Below are positions 61,092 to 64,000 of a DNA stretch of 64,000 nt, in pieces. Positions within the stretch are counted from its first letter, which is position 1, and every line of letters starts with the position of its first letter. Position numbers and translations under genes: made by a program. This DNA is from Blepharisma stoltei ATCC 30299 (Eukaryota > Protista > Ciliophora). Location of the stretch: assembly GCA_965603825.1 (NCBI GenBank), contig CBFDEM010000060.1, forward strand, positions 1 through 64,000. The letters are read 5' to 3'. Under the pieces are notes generated by a model that saw only the letters and a program-made list of their open reading frames with translations, did no database searches and was not told the origin of the DNA.

Positions 61092-62089
61092 TTAAATATA
61101 GATTCTGGTTATCTTTTTCTCTTTCAGGCTAGACTTGAAGACCTGGTAAATTTCAATATGATTGCACCCGATATATATTGTTCCTGACTTATACAAGCAA
61201 AACGCTTGATAAACATCAAAAGAGCATGTTGTCTTGGAAATTGGGCTCCAAACAGTGTAGTTTTCAATTTCACTTTCATAAATGAGTCCATTGAAGCATT
61301 CAAACAAATAAAATCTTCTTTCTGCATTTGCAAGTACCTTAGTTTTATACGGTGCAAAATCATAAGGAATCGTAGAGAAAGCGTTAGTATCAATTGAATA
61401 CAACAAAAGATTTCCGTGAAAATTTCCAGAAATCAAAATATTCCTATTAAATATTACACTTTTACAAAAATAATCCTGTTTTGGCATTGGAGCTATTTTA
61501 ATTCATCGATTTCTTTCCAAATCAAAACTATGAGATACTGCTAAAATCCTATAACGTTTATCGGTTCCTCCAAAGCAGTAAATATAATTGTTGAAATAGA
61601 TATAGTGCCCTTTTAAATTCCTTCAAACACAACTTTTAACCCCTTAAAAGTATAATAGCTTCAATAAAGAAGTATTTGGTTTGCAGAAGCTTGAAGAAAA
61701 GATTCAATTGTCTATAGCTGAAGAAGATATACAAGCTGGTCCAGATGGCAATTCTAGTACTCCACCATTCTCATCAATTATCAAGGCTATCCCAGTAGGT
61801 GGATAAGTTCCACCAAAGCAGAATAATTTACCATTTGGAAGTTGAGCTATGCATGTGGTACAGCCTAATATTTCTGAAGTCTTCAAAATTTTTGTTTCTT
61901 TACAATTACTCACAGTATTATAATGAATAATCTGCTTTCTTCGTTCTTTTTTACTATTGAATAAAGTGATTCTCCTTGGTTATTAGTGATCTCGTAGTTT
62001 TTATTATCCTGCATAAGTTTGGGAATATGCTTACTAGAAACGTTCTGACAGGTCGTGCATTCTGGCTTTAAACATAAATTGTCCCCCAT
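61092..62089 (-). pseudogene. Kelch-like family-1 copy C (inverted) with a 114-bp TA-bounded insert and one frameshift
   Basis: ATG 62089, 1-nt deletion near 61925. The insert sits at SSA^IYFNN. Confidence 0.82.
61601..61716. mobile_element. TA-bounded IES-like insert (114 bp plus one TA) with TATAG terminal inverted repeat
   Basis: + strand reads TATAGtgccc...tgtCTATA. Removal restores TCA GCT ATC TAT TTC AAC on the minus strand. Confidence 0.82.
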
Positions 62090-62532
62090 GTAATTATTAT
62101 TATGATTGATTTATAAAGACTAAATTATGCTATTATAAGGGTATTAATGTACCTAGCAGTAAGCTCTTCAATAATTCTAAATAGCATTAGAGATAACGTT
62201 TAATCTGAATATATGCAAAAAGAACCCAAAAAGTCGATAATCTATTTGTATTTGAGCCCCTTACTTTTAGTATAGGGTAACTTCACATTTCCAGGATTTA
62301 CAATTTCCCTCGTTTTGAAAGCCATGTGAAATTTAATTTTAGCTTAGACTTGAACTAACAAAGTCTACTATCTCAGCTTTCCTGATAATTTCCATTATAA
62401 ATTCTCTTGCCTAGCCTCTTCTAACTCTACTCAGTCTTTCAGCATCTGTACATTTTTGCTGTCCAAACTATATTATCAGCATAAAGAAGGGCTCAGGTGA
62501 ATCCCTAGTTTTAGTTCTTCATTTCTTCACGA

Positions 62533-62643
62533 CCGTACATTTGCTTGAGATGATTTTTCAATTTTTTAGGACAAGTTTTGATTAGAGTGAAACCGTCCAT
62601 TTGCTTGAGATGATTTTTCAATTTTTTAGCAAAGTTTTGATTA
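62533..62643. repeat. Two-copy direct repeat, 60-bp period
   Basis: CATTTGCTTGAGATGATTTTTCAATTTTTTAG at 62538 and 62598. Confidence 0.9.
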
Positions 62644-62679
62644 TTGTTTTCAAAATACAATAATCACTATAATAATTAT

Positions 62680-63069
62680 ATGGGTTTTGGTCAAAGTTTC
62701 ATGTCATGCAGGAATAAGTCAGCATATCAAAAAGATCATAGTAAACGAAGTCTGAAACTTAGGCAGGCCTGTCGAGACTATGCGAATACTTTTAATACAA
62801 AAACTTCACTTTATTTATTATGTGGAATGAAAGATCAAAGCAGTTTATTTATATATGATACTGAGAGTGATAGTAAAAAAACTCTAATTTGAAAAATTAT
62901 AGAGCACACACACTATTATAGGTAATCTATAGAGATAAGTATTTTATTTTTATGGAATTTCAATGCTGCGCTATAAGTGGCAGTCATATATAAAGGGTGC
63001 AATGATTGTGATGTCAGCAAAGCCTTCAAGTTTAGCCTGAACGAGAAAAGGTTAACCAAAATCTATTAA
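62680..63069 (+). pseudogene. Kelch-like family-1 copy with a large internal deletion
   Basis: A family-1 N-terminus (KLRQACRDY...SLYL...IYDTESD) is joined to a C-terminal remnant (FKFSLNEKRLTKIY*). The central blades are missing. Confidence 0.72.
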
Positions 63070-63406
63070 ACTTTTTTTAATGATAATTGTTTCAGACTTC
63101 TTGATTTTTATATATTATGTTTATATAACTCAAGGCATCTAATAGATTATAGATATTATGCTCATTAATATGTAAATTTCAAACAGTAATAAACAATGTT
63201 TATAATTAAATGGAATTTAAGCATTTAGGGGATCATAATCAGCAATTTTTATATCAGAATAGTTTAATAGTTATGCTGCCACTGTATAGTTGAGAAGCTT
63301 ACCCTTTTAAACTTGCTAAATTTAGATGAAGTTGCATCATCTATTAAGTATAAAAGCTACTTATTTAAGCAGAATGCTATTAAAATAGTATCATTATAAT
63401 AACTAA

Positions 63407-64000
63407 ATGGAGTATCAGCAATATTTAAAACCAGACTGCATGGAATATCAAAATGATTCTAGTAAGCATGTTCCAAAACTTATGCAGACCTATCAAAACT
63501 ATGCTAGCACTCTCAACCAAGGCGATTCGCTTTATTTAATAGATAGATGAAACAATAGAACGAATTTATTGGTTTATAACACTGTGAGCGATAGCAAGCA
63601 AACTAAAATTTTGAAGACTCCAGAACCGCTTGACTGTAATACATGCATAGCTCAACTACCAAATGGTAAATTATTCTGCTATGGTAAGAATTTTCCAATT
63701 TCTGGCATCACATTGATAATTGATGAGAATGGAGGAGTACAAAAACTGCCATCTGGAGTGTCTTGCTATTGGTCGTCAGCTATCTATTTCAACAACAATG
63801 TCTATTGTTTTGGAGGAATAGGTCGGCATATGAACGCTTTAGCTCTATCTCGTAGATTTGATTTGGATAGGAATCGATGGGTCGAATTAGCTTCAATGCC
63901 ACAAGCTGATTGCAGTTGCAGTAGTGTAATATTTAATGGGAATATTTTGATATCTGGGAGCTGCTATAGATCTCTTTTGTTGTACTCAATTGATATTGAC
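63407..64000 (+). CDS. Kelch-like family-1 protein, intact so far, runs off the window
   Basis: ATG 63407, one UGA. CIAQLPNGKLFCYG, empty site SSAIYFNNNVYCFGG, RFDLDRNRW. Confidence 0.85.

Larger units (their letters stand above)
60796..63348. repeat. Inverted duplication of a ~215-bp non-coding segment (60796-61083 vs 63133-63348)
   Basis: CTCAACTATACAGTGG and AAAATTGCTGATTATGATCCCCTAAA occur as reverse complements in the two places. The left copy has a ~70-bp extra insert. Confidence 0.85.

Noticed and set aside
62533-62643. CRISPR-like repeat-spacer structure
   Set aside because: Only two copies in a eukaryotic locus with no cas genes; a simple tandem duplication.

Overview
This window is the left end of a chromosome from a heterotrich ciliate, most likely Blepharisma. 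Three things support this: a ~2.9 kb (CCCTAACA)n telomere, UGA read as Trp with only UAA/UAG as stops, and tiny 15-nt GTAA...TAG introns. The supplied ORF track uses the standard code and splits most genes at UGA; the gene models below were rebuilt by hand. Layout: (1) telomere, 1-2917. (2) A subtelomeric mosaic, 2918-6040: a Kelch-like pseudogene cut by the telomere, a piggyBac transposase fragment, a TPR gene, and an interrupted U-box/2xUbl gene. (3) A very gene-dense core, 6.3-47.7 kb, with no IES-like inserts in its genes and therefore macronuclear-like. It holds MiaB/CDK5RAP1, 5S rRNA, an Enhancer-of-zeste-like methyltransferase, copine, LITAF, a TFIIIC-like protein, Rpt2, a kinase, TBC, WD40, a divergent beta-tubulin, a Gtsf1-like protein, DNase II, GAR1, ODR-4, MORN proteins and others. 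(4) A birth-and-death array of two Kelch-like beta-propeller families, 48-64 kb. The most striking observation is in that array. Three paralogs, plus a relic of a fourth, carry TA-bounded IES-like inserts of 726, 197 and 114 bp at exactly the same codon (SS[A/S]^IYFNN), and these share a homologous 3' end. Removing each insert with one TA restores the frame seen in the uninterrupted paralogs. The 726-bp insert contains two further nested inserts. All protein family calls come from motif recognition by eye, not from database searches.
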